DNA of 64,000 nt from Thermoanaerobaculia bacterium (GTDB taxonomy: Bacteria; Acidobacteriota; Thermoanaerobaculia; Multivoradales; JAGPDF01): assembly GCA_963712855.1 (NCBI GenBank), contig CAVQJN010000002.1:51852-115851 (forward strand), written 5' to 3'. Position 1 is the first letter of the stretch. Each line of letters starts with the position of its first letter. This document shows, piece after piece, positions 1 through 10,713 of the stretch. A program made the position numbers and the translations under genes. The notes beneath the pieces are model-generated. The model was not told where the DNA came from and ran no database searches. It saw only the letters and a program-made list of their open reading frames with translations.

Positions 1-3000
1 GACGAGCTCTCTCCACGCCTCGCGGAAAGCCCGATTTTCCGGGCGCTGCGCGCCGCCGTGGAGGGGGGCCGTGGCGTGGCGACGCGGCTGCCGGTGGGGG
101 CCGCGGCGTGGGTCGCGGATCTGCTGGCCGGAGAGCTGGCGGCGCCGCTGTTGGTCGTCGTGCCGCACGAGGCGGACGCTCGGGCGTGGCTCGAGGGCCT
201 GCGTCTCAGCGCGGGCGAAGAGGCGGGGGCGTCCTTCCCGGCGCCGTCGCTGTCGCCCTATCAGGAGGTCGACGCCTCGCTCGGTGTCCGCGCCGAGGAG
301 GTCGTGGCGCTCGACCGCGCCACGCGTGGGCTGGCGCGCGCCGTGGTGACGACTCCACGAGCGCTCTTCCGCCGTCTCCCCACGAATCCGCGCGCCGGAT
401 GGCTGACCCTCGCGCGGGGTGCCGAGGTGGAGCCCGACGCGCTCGCCGAGCGCCTCGTCGGCCTCGGTTACCGGCGCTCGGACCTGGTGGGCGAGGTCGG
501 CGACTTCGCGGTGCGCGGCGGCGTCTTCGATCTCTGGCCGCCTGGCGAATCCGAGCCGGTGCGGCTCGACCTGTTCGGAACCGAGGTCGAGAGCCTGCGC
601 GTCTTCGATCCCGACTCGCAGCGCTCCGCGGAGGAGCTTCGAGGGATCCAGATCCTGCCGCTCGAGCTCTTCCCGGCCGGCGCCGAGGAGGCCCGGCAAC
701 TCGGCGAGCTGCTCGGCGCGCTGATCGCCGAGGACGCCGATTTCGAGGCCGCGGAGCATCTCGGCGCGCTGGCGGAGGGACGCGGCTTCCCGGGCTGGGA
801 GAACTTCCTGCCGCTCGCCGCCGCCGAGACCCGCACCTTGGCCGAGGCGATCCCCGGCGCGCGCGTGGTCGTGGTCGATCCGGCGGCGGTCGCGGGCGAG
901 ATCGAACGCCATGCGGACCGCCTGGCGACGGAGCTCGACGCGCGTCGCGAGCATCACCGCTTCGCCGTGGCGCCGGAGCTCGTCGAGCACCCGGCGGCGA
1001 CGGTCCGGACGCTGGTCGACTCCGCGGTCCTGGCGATCGATCCGCTCGGCGGCGCCGGGGCGATCGATTTCGGGGCCACCCCGACCGAGCTCTTCCACGG
1101 TCAGCTGGCGCGTTTCCCGCGCGAGGTCGAGAGCGCTCGGGCGCGCGGCGAGCACCTCTACGTCGTCGCGCCGCGGGAGCGCTTCGCGGCGTTCGAGGAG
1201 TTGCTCGAAGGGCGGGAGATCGCGCGCGGACGCGACGGCGTCGAGCTGGTGGCCGGCGAGCTCGAGCGCGGCTTCCGCTTGCCGGCCGTGCGCGCGGCGT
1301 TTTACGGCGAGTCGCAGCTGGTGGCGCGCGCGGCGCCGGCGGGGCGTCGGGCGCGGGTCCGCTTCGGACCCTTCGTGACCGGTCTACGGGATCTGCGGGT
1401 GGGCGACTACGTGGTGCACGCCGACCATGGCATCGGGCAGTTCGTCGGCCTGCGCACGGTGGCCTCGGGAGGGCCGGAGACCCCTCTGCCGCCCACCCTG
1501 CGCGGCGCCGTGGCGGCAGTGGCGCCGGAGAGCGAAGCGCTGGAGATCGCCTACGCCGGCGCCAAACGTCTCTTCGTGCCGATCGACCGTCTGCATCTGG
1601 TCCAGAAGTACGGCGGCATCGAAGGCATCGCGCCGCGCCTCGACCAGTTGGGGGGCTCGTCGTGGAGCCGCACCAAGGCGCGGGTCAAGCGGGCGCTGCG
1701 CGACATGGCCGACGAGTTGCTCAAGCTCTACGCCGAGCGTCAGCTCGCCCGCGCCCCGATCCTGGCCGGCGACACCGACCTCGAACGCCAGTTCGTCGCC
1801 GCCTTTCCGTACGAGGAGACGCCCGACCAGGCGGAAGCCATCGCGACCATCTTCACCGACCTCGAGCAGGCGCGTCCGATGGATCGACTGCTGGTCGGCG
1901 ACGTCGGATTCGGCAAGACCGAGGTGGCGATGCGGGCCGCCTTCCTTGCCGTCGATTCCGGCTACCAGGTGGCCATCCTGGCGCCGACCACGATCCTCGC
2001 GGACCAGCACCTGGAGACCTTCCAGCAGCGTTTCGAGGGTTTCGCCGTCACCGTCGAGCGCATCTCGCGGCTGCGCACCGGGCGCGATCTCTCCGAGCTC
2101 CGCGAGCGCATCGCCGAGGGCAAGGTCGACATCGTGATCGGAACCCACCGCATGCTCTCGCAGGACATCGCGTTTCGCAGATTGGGTCTCCTGGTGGTCG
2201 ACGAGGAGCAGCGCTTCGGAGTCGCGCAGAAGGAGCGCTTGAAGCAGTTCAAGCGCGACGTCCACGTGCTGGCGATGACCGCGACCCCGCTGCCGCGCAC
2301 TCTCCAGATGTCGCTCGCCGGGGTGCGCGACATCTCGGTCATCGAAACGCCGCCCAAGGACCGTCTCGCGGTCGAGACCGCCGTGCTGCCCTACTCGGAC
2401 GATCTGGTGCGCGAGGCGATCGAGTTCGAGCTCGGGCGGGGCGGTCAGGTCTACTACGTCTACAATCGCGTCGGGTCGATCGACGAGCAAGCGGCGCGGT
2501 TACGCAAACTGGTGCCCGATCTGCGCATCGTGGTCGGCCACGGTCAGCTCGAGGAGCGTGAGCTCTACCGCCGGATGCATGCCTTCACCGCGCGCCAGTA
2601 CGATCTGTTGCTCGCCACCACGATCATCGAGAACGGCATCGACATCCCCTCGGTCAACACCATGCTCGTGCACCGCGCCGACCGCTTCGGCCTCGCCCAG
2701 CTCTACCAGCTGCGCGGCCGGGTGGGGCGGAGCCGCGAGCTGGGCTACTGCTACCTGCTGGTGCCTTCGGACCGTGCGCTGTCGCTCGACGCGCGCAAGC
2801 GGCTCGAGGCGCTGCGCGAGTTCACCGAGCTCGGGGCCGGCTTTCGCATCGCGGCGCGCGACCTCGAGATCCGCGGCGCCGGCAACCTGCTCGGCGCCGC
2901 GCAGAGCGGCCACATCACGGAGCTCGGTATCGAGACCTACCTGCGCATGCTCGAAGAGACGGTGCGTGAGCTGCGCGGCGACGCGGTCGAGGAGGGACCA

Positions 3001-3417
3001 TCGGCGACTCTCGACCTGCCGGTTCCGATGTCGATCCCGCGCAGCTACATTCGCGACGAGAACCTGCGTATGGAGGTCTACCGGAAGCTGGCGGCGGCGG
3101 AAGCGTCGCGCGAGGATCTGCTGGCCGAGCTGTCGGACCGGTTCGGGCGCCCACCCGCGGCGGTCGAGATGCTGCTCGACGTGGCGGCGCTCAAGCGTCA
3201 GGCGGAGCAGCTCCGCATCCAGGCGATCTCGGCGGGGGGCGGCAGGCTCACCATACGCCTGCGCCGCGACGCGCGGGTCGACGTGGATCGCCTGATCCGC
3301 TTGGTTTCGGAGCGGCCGGGGGCGAGCTTCAGTCCGTCGGGTGTGCTCACGGTGGGGCTCGACGGCGGCAGCGTCCTTGCGGTGGCGCGCGGCCTGTTGA
3401 CGGAGCTCGCGACTTGA
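1..3417 (+). CDS. mfd: Transcription-repair coupling factor Mfd (5' end probably upstream of the window)
   Basis: Frame is open from base 1. UvrB-like FAVRGGVFDLW, RID segment GDYVVHADHGIG, Walker A GDVGFGKTEVA, DEEQRFG, MTATPLPRTL, QLYQLRGRVGRS, DLEIRGAGNLLG and a C-terminal TRCF domain. Confidence 0.97.
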   Translation, partial: DELSPRLAESPIFRALRAAVEGGRGVATRLPVGAAAWVADLLAGELAAPLLVVVPHEADARAWLEGLRLSAGEEAGASFPAPSLSPYQEVDASLGVRAEEVVALDRATRGLARAVVTTPRALFRRLPTNPRAGWLTLARGAEVEPDALAERLVGLGYRRSDLVGEVGDFAVRGGVFDLWPPGESEPVRLDLFGTEVESLRVFDPDSQRSAEELRGIQILPLELFPAGAEEARQLGELLGALIAEDADFEAAEHLGALAEGRGFPGWENFLPLAAAETRTLAEAIPGARVVVVDPAAVAGEIERHADRLATELDARREHHRFAVAPELVEHPAATVRTLVDSAVLAIDPLGGAGAIDFGATPTELFHGQLARFPREVESARARGEHLYVVAPRERFAAFEELLEGREIARGRDGVELVAGELERGFRLPAVRAAFYGESQLVARAAPAGRRARVRFGPFVTGLRDLRVGDYVVHADHGIGQFVGLRTVASGGPETPLPPTLRGAVAAVAPESEALEIAYAGAKRLFVPIDRLHLVQKYGGIEGIAPRLDQLGGSSWSRTKARVKRALRDMADELLKLYAERQLARAPILAGDTDLERQFVAAFPYEETPDQAEAIATIFTDLEQARPMDRLLVGDVGFGKTEVAMRAAFLAVDSGYQVAILAPTTILADQHLETFQQRFEGFAVTVERISRLRTGRDLSELRERIAEGKVDIVIGTHRMLSQDIAFRRLGLLVVDEEQRFGVAQKERLKQFKRDVHVLAMTATPLPRTLQMSLAGVRDISVIETPPKDRLAVETAVLPYSDDLVREAIEFELGRGGQVYYVYNRVGSIDEQAARLRKLVPDLRIVVGHGQLEERELYRRMHAFTARQYDLLLATTIIENGIDIPSVNTMLVHRADRFGLAQLYQLRGRVGRSRELGYCYLLVPSDRALSLDARKRLEALREFTELGAGFRIAARDLEIRGAGNLLGAAQSGHITELGIETYLRMLEETVRELRGDAVEEGPSATLDLPVPMSIPRSYIRDENLRMEVYRKLAAAEASREDLLAELSDRFGRPPAAVEMLLDVAALKRQAEQLRIQAISAGGGRLTIRLRRDARVDVDRLIRLVSERPGASFSPSGVLTVGLDGGSVLAVARGLLTELAT

Positions 3418-4262
3418 GACGCGGGCTCGTGCTCGCGCTGGTGTTTCTCGTGGCGCTCGTCGGCTGTGCTCGTCGCGCGCCGCTGCCGGGGCCCGACGTG
3501 CTCGGACGGGTCGGCGGCCAGGACGTTCCCTACGCCGCGTTCTCGGGTTATCTGCGCGACAGTCTGGGCGAGTCGGAGGGCGGGCTCGAGAGCGAAGCGC
3601 TCTCTGGACTGCTCGACCAGTTCCTGACCGAACGCCTGGTCGTCCGTCTGGCGGTGGACCGGCAGTTGGTCCGCGTGACCGCGCCGCCGTCGCGCGCGGT
3701 CGCCGCGTTGCTCGCCGCGGAGCCGGCGCCCCCTCTGGCCGAGAGTGCCGTGGCCGCTTACTACGCGGCGCACCGGAAGGACTTCCTGGTACCGGTGCGG
3801 GTGGAGCTGCGCTCGATCCGCAGCGACGATCGCGCCACCGTCGAGCGAGCCCGCCGCGAAATCCGCGCGGGGAGCGATTTCGCCACGGTGGCGCGCCGAC
3901 TCTCGTCCGATTCGACCGCGGAGCGGGGCGGGGAGCAGGGAAGCTTCTCGCGCGACGAGCTTCCCCCAGATCTCGCCAAGGTGGTCTTCGCGCTCGCGCC
4001 CGGCGAGCTCTCCGGGATCGTGCCGACCGGAGACGGCTTCCAGCTCTTCCAGGTGACGGCCAAGCTTCCGGAGCACGAACGGCCGCTCGCCGAGGTGCGC
4101 GAGGAGATCCTGCGCCGGCTGGGCGGTGCGCGCGCCGACCGCGCATACGCTCGGCTCGTGAGCGAAGCGCGGAGCCGGTATGCTGTGCAGGTGTTCGACC
4201 GCAATCTCCCTTTCGTCTACCACGGTGAGTTTCCCGTCTCGAGGCCGTATGAGAATCGCTAG
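3414..4262 (+). CDS. PpiC/parvulin-type peptidyl-prolyl isomerase, predicted lipoprotein
   Basis: Signal peptide with lipobox LVGC. Parvulin motif DFATVARRLSSDSTAERGGEQG...FALAPGELSGIVPTGDGFQLFQV. Start overlaps the mfd stop. Confidence 0.85.
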   Translation: MRRGLVLALVFLVALVGCARRAPLPGPDVLGRVGGQDVPYAAFSGYLRDSLGESEGGLESEALSGLLDQFLTERLVVRLAVDRQLVRVTAPPSRAVAALLAAEPAPPLAESAVAAYYAAHRKDFLVPVRVELRSIRSDDRATVERARREIRAGSDFATVARRLSSDSTAERGGEQGSFSRDELPPDLAKVVFALAPGELSGIVPTGDGFQLFQVTAKLPEHERPLAEVREEILRRLGGARADRAYARLVSEARSRYAVQVFDRNLPFVYHGEFPVSRPYENR

Positions 4263-5379
4263 AGTCGCCGTCGTCGCCCTGCTGGTGGCCGCGCCGTTGC
4301 TGGCCGAGGAGGTCGACCAGGTCGTCCTCCGGGTCAATGACCGCATCGTCACCCTGGAGGACTACCTGACCAGCCGGGACGCGCGCATCGACGCGATCAC
4401 GAAGGCGCCCGACCTGAGCGCCGAGGATCGCCAGAAGATGATCGCCGAGAGCGGCCAGGCGGCGATGCGCGAGCTCTACGAGGAGGCGCTCGTGATGTCG
4501 CGCGCGGATCAGCTCCACATCACCGCGTCGCCGTCCGAGATCGACCGGGCGATCGACCAGACGAAGCATCGCTACGGGCTCGACGACGACCAGCAGTTCG
4601 CGCAGGCGCTCGCCCAGTCGGGTATGACGCTCGATCAGTATCGCCAGCGCCTGGCGCGCAACATCCTCTACGACGAGGTTCTGCAAAAGGAAGTGCGGCC
4701 GAAGGTGAAGGTCGACGACGAGATGGTGGTGCGCTACTACCACGAGCACCCGAAGGAGTTCGCGGTGCCCGAGCAGCGTCACGTCGAGGAGGCGATCGTG
4801 CGCTCGGCGGCCGCCGAGCCGAGCGCCGACGAGCGCGTGCTGGCCGCCAAGATCCGCGACGGGTTGCTCGATGGCAAACGGGTCGCCGAGGTGGTCAAGG
4901 CGCTCGGCGCCGAGGACAAGGTGATCGTGCTCGACCACGACTGGATCGAGCGCGGGACGCTCGACAAGCCGCTCGAGACCGCCGTCTGGGAGCTCGGCAA
5001 CGACGGCACCGCCGGTCCGCTCGAAGGGCGCGGTGGCCTGCACATCCTGCACGTGGTCGACATTCGTCCGGCCAGCGAGAAGCCGCTCGAGGACGTGCGC
5101 GAGCAGGTTCGCCTCAAGCTGCAACAGCAGCAGTTCAATCTCCACAGCAAGGAGTTCCTGGACAATCTCGCGGCGAGTGCCTACATCGTGGAGCACATCC
5201 CGGCGGCGGCGAAGGGTTACCGCGACGCGTCGATCGGGGTGCGCGATCCGTTGCGTGAGCTGCTGCGCGGCGACGCGAAGAGCGGTCCCGCGAAGAAATC
5301 CCTCGCGGGCCCGGCGACGTCCGCGCCGGCCCCCACGGCGGAGGAAAGCGGCTCCGCGACGCCCCCACCCGGGGCGTAA
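4249..5379 (+). CDS. SurA-like periplasmic chaperone/PPIase
   Basis: ATG 4249 (MRIARVAVVALLVAAPLLA signal peptide). SurA N-terminal features EEVDQVVLRVNDRIVT and QALAQSGMTLDQYRQRL. Degenerate parvulin domain (GPLEGRGGLHIL). Confidence 0.8.
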   Translation: MRIARVAVVALLVAAPLLAEEVDQVVLRVNDRIVTLEDYLTSRDARIDAITKAPDLSAEDRQKMIAESGQAAMRELYEEALVMSRADQLHITASPSEIDRAIDQTKHRYGLDDDQQFAQALAQSGMTLDQYRQRLARNILYDEVLQKEVRPKVKVDDEMVVRYYHEHPKEFAVPEQRHVEEAIVRSAAAEPSADERVLAAKIRDGLLDGKRVAEVVKALGAEDKVIVLDHDWIERGTLDKPLETAVWELGNDGTAGPLEGRGGLHILHVVDIRPASEKPLEDVREQVRLKLQQQQFNLHSKEFLDNLAASAYIVEHIPAAAKGYRDASIGVRDPLRELLRGDAKSGPAKKSLAGPATSAPAPTAEESGSATPPPGA

Positions 5380-5468
5380 AAATAGCGTAAAGAAACCAGC
5401 CCGGCGCGCCTCGACCCGGGGCTGAAGACCGCTCTCGTCGTGCTTCCGCGATACCCCCTGTCGGGGGA

Positions 5469-5508
5469 GTGGTAAAAAATGGACAAATGTGGGAAATGAC
5501 TCTAGACT
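5469..5508 (+). promoter_or_regulatory. dcw promoter with MraZ operator repeats
   Basis: GTGG/ATGG/GTGG repeats with a 10-nt period at 5469, 5479 and 5489 match the known MraZ direct-repeat operator. They overlap a sigma70-like TGGACA(5480-5485)-N17-TAGACT(5503-5508). Confidence 0.75.
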
Positions 5509-5544
5509 CTGGACATTCAACTCCTGAGCGAGCGGGAGCCGAGG

Positions 5545-5985
5545 ATGTTTCGGGGCAGCACGGTCGCAACCATCGATGAGAAAGGGCGCTTCAAAGTCCC
5601 GACGGGCTTTCGGCGCTACCTGGAGGAGCGTTTCGGCGGCGAGTTCTTCGTGACCTCGGTGACCGGCGATCGGGCGCTCGTCTACCCGATCCCCGTTTGG
5701 GAGGAGATCGAGGCCAAGCTCGGCACGATTCCCTCGACCGATCCGGTGCGTCAGCGCTATCTCGAGCGGGTGAGCTACTTCGGCTCCCAGGTGGCGCTCG
5801 ACAAGCAGGGCCGCTTGCTCGTGCCGGTCGTGCTGCGCGAGCGCGCGGGTATGAACGGCGAGGTCGTGGTGCACGCCCTGATCGATCATCTGGAGCTCTG
5901 GAACCGCGAACGCTTCGAGCGGCGGCTCGAGGAGCAGCCCTTCACCGACGACGACTTCCGAGCGCTCTCCGAGCGCGGGATCTGA
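5545..5985 (+). CDS. mraZ: Division/cell-wall cluster transcriptional repressor MraZ
   Basis: MFRG start, DEKGRFKVP and DKQGRLLVP repeats, HLELWN; first gene of the dcw cluster. Confidence 0.96.
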   Translation: MFRGSTVATIDEKGRFKVPTGFRRYLEERFGGEFFVTSVTGDRALVYPIPVWEEIEAKLGTIPSTDPVRQRYLERVSYFGSQVALDKQGRLLVPVVLRERAGMNGEVVVHALIDHLELWNRERFERRLEEQPFTDDDFRALSERGI

Positions 5986-5998
5986 GAGCGGAGCGGAG

Positions 5999-6913
5999 TT
6001 GGATGACGCTCATCTGCCCGTCCTCCGTGACTCCGCCGTGGATTGGCTCGCGGCGCGGCGCGGCGGGCTGTTCGTCGACGCCACGCTCGGTCTCGGCGGT
6101 CACGCCGCCGCGATCCTCGACGCCTCGCCGCGGACGCGCCTGGTGGGCGTCGACCGCGATCCGGACGCGCGCCGGATCGCCGCCGAGCGACTGGCGCCGT
6201 TCGGCGAGCGCGTCGAGATCGTGTCCGGCGACTTCCGCGACCTCGCGACGCTCCTGGCGGGTCGTCGGGTGGCCGGCGTGCTGGCGGATCTCGGAGTCTC
6301 GTCCCTGCAGCTCGACCGCGCGGAGCGCGGATTCTCTTTTCGCCGCCGGGGTCCTCTCGACATGCGCATGAGTCGCGCCGGAGAGACCGCGGCGGAGCTG
6401 GTCAACCGATCGACGGAGGCCGAGTTGGAGACCATCTTCCGTGAGTATGGAGAAGAGCCCGATGCGCGGCGCGTGGCCCGCGCGATCGTCGGGTCGCGCG
6501 CACGCCGACCCTTCTCGACGACCGACGAGCTTGCCGAAGTGGTGCGCGGCGCCAGACGGCAGCGGCGCGGTCACGAGCGTATCGATCCGGCGACGCGCGT
6601 CTTCCAGGCGCTGCGCATCGCGGTCAACGACGAGCTGGACGCCGTCGAACGACTGATCGGCTCCGCGGTGGAGTTGCTCGAGCGCGACGGCCGCCTGGTG
6701 GTGATCTCGTATCACTCGCTCGAGGACCGTGTGGTCAAGCACCGGATGCGCGAGCTGGCGCGCGGCGAGGTCGATCCGGTCACCGGTCGCACGCGCTCCG
6801 AAACGCGGGTGCTCGAGGTCCTCACCAAGAAGCCGATCACGCCCTCGGCGGACGAAGTGGAGCGCAACCCGCGCTCGCGGTCGGCGCGGCTGCGCGCCGC
6901 TAGGAGACTCTGA
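5999..6913 (+). CDS. rsmH: 16S rRNA m4C1402 methyltransferase RsmH
   Basis: HLPVL, DATLGLGGHA, DLGVSSLQLD..ERGFSF, ATRVFQALRIAVNDEL, ISYHSLEDR, NPRSRSARLR. Confidence 0.97.
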   Translation: MDDAHLPVLRDSAVDWLAARRGGLFVDATLGLGGHAAAILDASPRTRLVGVDRDPDARRIAAERLAPFGERVEIVSGDFRDLATLLAGRRVAGVLADLGVSSLQLDRAERGFSFRRRGPLDMRMSRAGETAAELVNRSTEAELETIFREYGEEPDARRVARAIVGSRARRPFSTTDELAEVVRGARRQRRGHERIDPATRVFQALRIAVNDELDAVERLIGSAVELLERDGRLVVISYHSLEDRVVKHRMRELARGEVDPVTGRTRSETRVLEVLTKKPITPSADEVERNPRSRSARLRAARRL

Positions 6914-6917
6914 GCTC

Positions 6918-7262
6918 TTGCACGGCGCCTACACGGTCCGTCGACCGGTCGTCAACGCGTACCTGGTCCGGGAGAGGGACCGGCGGCGTCTGCGTGAGCT
7001 TGCCTGGGTGGTGGTCGTCGTCGTGCCGCTCGGCGCGGCGCTGCTCGCCTACACCTGGCTGCAGCTCGAGACGTTGCGGGCCGGCTATCGCATCGAGACG
7101 CTGGAGCGGCGATCCCACGAGCTGAGCCAGGTCGAACGTCAGCTGCGTCTCGAGGCGGCCCATCTTTCGCACCCCGAGAACCTGGCGCGCCGCGCGCAGG
7201 ACGAGCTGGGACTCGTGCCGCCGAAGGTCGAGCAGGTCATCTTCCTCGAGGAGATGCGGTGA
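6918..7262 (+). CDS. ftsL: Cell division protein FtsL
   Basis: Lies between rsmH and ftsI. Basic N-terminus, one TM helix, then a coiled coil (LRLEAAHLSHPENLARRAQDELGLVPP). TTG start at 6918 inferred from AGGAG at 6902. Confidence 0.85.
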   Translation: MHGAYTVRRPVVNAYLVRERDRRRLRELAWVVVVVVPLGAALLAYTWLQLETLRAGYRIETLERRSHELSQVERQLRLEAAHLSHPENLARRAQDELGLVPPKVEQVIFLEEMR

Positions 7263-9232
7263 AGCGACGCCTGCTGCTGTTCGCGATCGGCGTCGCGCTC
7301 TGGGTCGTCGCCATCGGCGGTCGCCTGTGGAGCCTGCAGGTGGTGCGGCACGACGAGTTCGTGCACCGCGCCGAGCGTCAGCAGCAGCGCGTGGTCGAGC
7401 TCGATCCTCCGCGCGGCACGATCTACGACGCCAACGGCCGCGAGCTCGCCGTGTCGTTGGAGGTGGACTCGGCCTTCGCGGTGCCGCACGAGGTGGGTGA
7501 CGTGACCGCCGCCGCGAAACGACTCGCGCGGGTTCTCGACGTGGACCGGGCCAGGCTCGAGCGTCAGCTGTCGAGCGACCGTGAGTTCGTGTGGGTGGCG
7601 CGCAAGCTCGACCCGCCCGTGGCCCGCGCGGTCAAGGCGTTGGCCATCCCGGGCATCTATTTCCTCGACGAGAGCAAGCGTTATTACCCGATGCGCGAGC
7701 TCGCGGCGCAAGTGCTCGGTTACGTGGGCACCGACAACCAGGGTCTGGCGGGGCTCGAGGCGCTCTACGACAAGGCGGTGGCCGGCAAGCCGGGACGCCG
7801 CACGGTGCTGCGCGACGCGCGCCGCGGGCTGGCGGTGCCGCCCGATCTGCCGTCGGCGGCAGCGGTGGCAGGCGCCGACCTCCACCTGACTCTCGACGCC
7901 ACGCTGCAGGAGATCGTCGAGGAAGAGCTCGACGCGACGGCCGCTTCGTACCACGTCAAGAGCGGCAGCGTCGTGGTGCTCGACCCCTGGACGGGCGCCG
8001 TGTTGGCGATGGCGTCGTGGCCGACCTTCGATCCCAACCGCTTCCGCGAGGCCTCGGCCGCGGCGCGCCGCGACCGGCCGGTGCAAGACGCTTACGAGCC
8101 CGGCTCGACGTTCAAGATGGTCACCGTCTCGGCGGCGCTCGAGCAGAGCGTCGTGGCGCCGAGCGATCTCATCGATTGCGAGATGGGGGGCATCACGCTG
8201 GCCGGCGTGCGAATCAAGGACCACAAGGCGTTCGGCCGCCTGTCGGTCGCGCAGATCATCCAGAAGTCCTCGAACGTCGGCGCGATCAAGATCGCGCTGC
8301 GCATCCCGACCCGCGATTACTACGACACGATCCGCGCCTTCGGCTTCGGCGCCCAGACCGGCGTCGATCTGCCCGGCGAAAGTCCGGGTCTGTTGATGCC
8401 GCTCGACCGCTGGCCGGGCCTCGCCAAGGCCTACATCGCGTTCGGCCAAGGAATCTCGGTGACGCCGCTGCAGCTCGCCGTGGCCTTCGCGGCGATCGCC
8501 AACGGCGGCGAGCTCATCGAGCCCTACGTCGTCCAGTCGATCGGCAGCGGCGCGGAGCGGCGCGATCTCCACCCGCAACCGATTCTGCGTGGCCGGCCGG
8601 TGTCGGCGCATACGGTCGCCGTGGTCCAGCAACTGCTCGCTGCGGTGGCGGAGCCGGGAGGAACCGCGCCGGTGGCCTCGAATCCCGGCTATCCGGCGGC
8701 CGGCAAGACGGGTACGGCACAGGTGGCGGAGCCCGGGCGTGGCTATTCGCCTGACCGTTTCGTGGCCAGCTTCGCCGGCTGGGCACCGCGCGACCATCCG
8801 CAGTTCGTGGCGGTCGTGGTGCTCGACGATCCGCACGGCGACTATCACGGCGGCAGCGTGGCGGCTCCGGTGTTCGGAGCCATCGCACGGCGGGCACTGA
8901 TTGCGCGCGATGTGCGCCCGGAGCGCCAGCCCCCGGAGCGCTGGCCGTTCCAGCCGACGGAGCGGAGCGAGCAGGCGGGCACGATGACGGCGGAAGCCGA
9001 CCCGGGCGACGGGGCCGTGGACAAGCCCGTGGCAACGCCGGCGGGGACGCTGCCCGACCTGGCGGGACGGACCGCGCGCCAGGCGGTCGCGGAGACGACC
9101 CAGCTGGCCCTGGTGCCGATCCTGCGTGGTCGCGGCGTGGTGGTGCGGCAGAACCCGCCTCCGGGGACTCCTCTGCCCGCCCGCGGATCGCGCGTGGAGA
9201 TCGATCTCGCGCAGCGAGGAGCGGACGGATGA
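7259..9232 (+). CDS. ftsI: Class B penicillin-binding protein FtsI with C-terminal PASTA domain
   Basis: [17 protein letters not shown] (SxxK), SSN (SxN), GKTGTAQ (KTG); PASTA-like [12 protein letters not shown]...VVRQNPPPG. Confidence 0.94.
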   Translation: MKRRLLLFAIGVALWVVAIGGRLWSLQVVRHDEFVHRAERQQQRVVELDPPRGTIYDANGRELAVSLEVDSAFAVPHEVGDVTAAAKRLARVLDVDRARLERQLSSDREFVWVARKLDPPVARAVKALAIPGIYFLDESKRYYPMRELAAQVLGYVGTDNQGLAGLEALYDKAVAGKPGRRTVLRDARRGLAVPPDLPSAAAVAGADLHLTLDATLQEIVEEELDATAASYHVKSGSVVVLDPWTGAVLAMASWPTFDPNRFREASAAARRDRPVQDAYEPGSTFKMVTVSAALEQSVVAPSDLIDCEMGGITLAGVRIKDHKAFGRLSVAQIIQKSSNVGAIKIALRIPTRDYYDTIRAFGFGAQTGVDLPGESPGLLMPLDRWPGLAKAYIAFGQGISVTPLQLAVAFAAIANGGELIEPYVVQSIGSGAERRDLHPQPILRGRPVSAHTVAVVQQLLAAVAEPGGTAPVASNPGYPAAGKTGTAQVAEPGRGYSPDRFVASFAGWAPRDHPQFVAVVVLDDPHGDYHGGSVAAPVFGAIARRALIARDVRPERQPPERWPFQPTERSEQAGTMTAEADPGDGAVDKPVATPAGTLPDLAGRTARQAVAETTQLALVPILRGRGVVVRQNPPPGTPLPARGSRVEIDLAQRGADG

Positions 9233-10711
9233 AGCTCTCCGAGCTCACACGCGGCCTGCCGCTCTCTGGAGACCTCGGGAAGGATCCCGAGGTCTTCGGC
9301 GTTCGTCACGACTCCCGATTCGTCACTCCAGGGGAACTCTTCGTCGCCTGGCGTGGGGCCCGCTTCGACGGCGCGAGCTTCGCCGCCGACGCCGTGATGC
9401 GCGGTGCCGTGGCGGTGCTCGCCGACCACCGGCCGGCCGAGCGGGGCGCCGCCGCGGGTGTGCCCTGGCTGGTCGCCGAGTCGCCGCGTGCGCTGCTCGC
9501 CGCGCTCGCGGCGCCCGTCTACGGACACCCGGATCGCGCCCTCCGGATGATCGGTGTCACCGGCACCAACGGCAAGTCGACCGTGGTCGAGCTCTCGTGC
9601 GCCATCTGCGACGCGGCGGGACTTCCGGCCGGCCGCATCGGAACCCTGGGAGCGCGTTTCCCCGGCCTCGAGACGACGCCGACCGATCGCACGACGCCGG
9701 AGGCGAGCGACATCTTCCGCATGCTCGCGACGATGGCGCGGCTCGGCGCCAAGGCGGCCGCGATGGAGGTCTCGTCGCATGCCCTGGTGCAGGGACGGGT
9801 CGACGGAATCGAGTTCGACGTGGGCGTGTTCACCAATCTGACCCGCGATCACTTCGACTTCCACACCGACTTCGAGGACTACTTCGCGGCGAAGTCGAGA
9901 CTGTTCGATCAGCTCAAGCCGGCCGGGCGCGCGGTGATTCATCTCGACGACCCCTACGGTGCGCGCTTGGCGGCGCGGATTCCGGACGCGATCGGATTCG
10001 GCGCCAGCGCCGCGGTGGCGCCGGCCGGGCTGCGTCTCGACGCGTGCGGCGTGCACGGCCGGGTCGCGACGCCACGCGGGGCGTTCGACCTCGAGTCGCC
10101 GCTGCTGGGCCGCTACAACCTCGAGAACCTCCTCGCCGCGGTCGGCGTCGGCGAGGCGCTCGAGCTGCCCCACGAGGCGGTGGCGTCGGGCATCGCGGCG
10201 ACCCGCCCCTTGCCGGGCCGCATGGAGCCGGTCGCGGAGGGTCAGGAGTTCCTGGCGGTGGTCGATTTCGCGCACACGCCGGCCGCGCTCGAGGCGGCGA
10301 TCCGCTCGCTCAAGGAGCTTCTCCGGCGCCAAGGTCGTGCTCGTCTTCGGGTGCGGCGGCGACAAGGACAAGGGCAAGCGGGGACCGATGGGGCGACTTG
10401 CAGGGACGCTGGCCGACCTGCCGATCGTCACCTCCGACAACCCGCGCAGCGAAGATCCGCTCGCCATCATCGCGGCGGTGGAGGAGGGTCTGCGGGCGTC
10501 GGGCAACCGGAGCTATCGGGTGGTGCCGGATCGCGCCGAAGCGATCCGGCGCGCCGTCGCGGTGGCGGCGGGGGACGGATGGGCGATCCTCCTGGCCGGC
10601 AAGGGACACGAGCAAGACCAGATCGTGGGCGATCGGCGAATTCCCTTTTCGGATCGCGGCGAGCTCGAGCGGGCGCTCACCGAGCTCGCCGACCCGGGGA
10701 CGGGGGACTGA
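9229..10711 (+). CDS. murE: MurE ligase (apparent +1 frameshift at about 10319, probably a sequencing error)
   Basis: [35 protein letters not shown] and VDFAHTP in frame 9229. [13 protein letters not shown] and AGKGHE follow in frame 9959..10711. Removing one T from GAGCTTCTCC (10315-10324) joins them as ...[16 protein letters not shown]. Confidence 0.93.
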
Positions 10712-10713
10712 CG

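Noticed and set aside
5397-5424. Hairpin CAGCCCGG...CCGGGGCTG after the SurA-like gene as an intrinsic terminator
   Set aside because: Bulged stem with no U-tract on the + strand; not enough support.
2500-5889. Long antisense and alternate-frame ORFs (also 10513-13215, 47120-49891, 58000-60135 and many others)
   Set aside because: Shadow ORFs expected in GC-rich coding DNA. They are Arg/Ala/Pro-rich, have no recognisable motifs and overlap well-supported genes.
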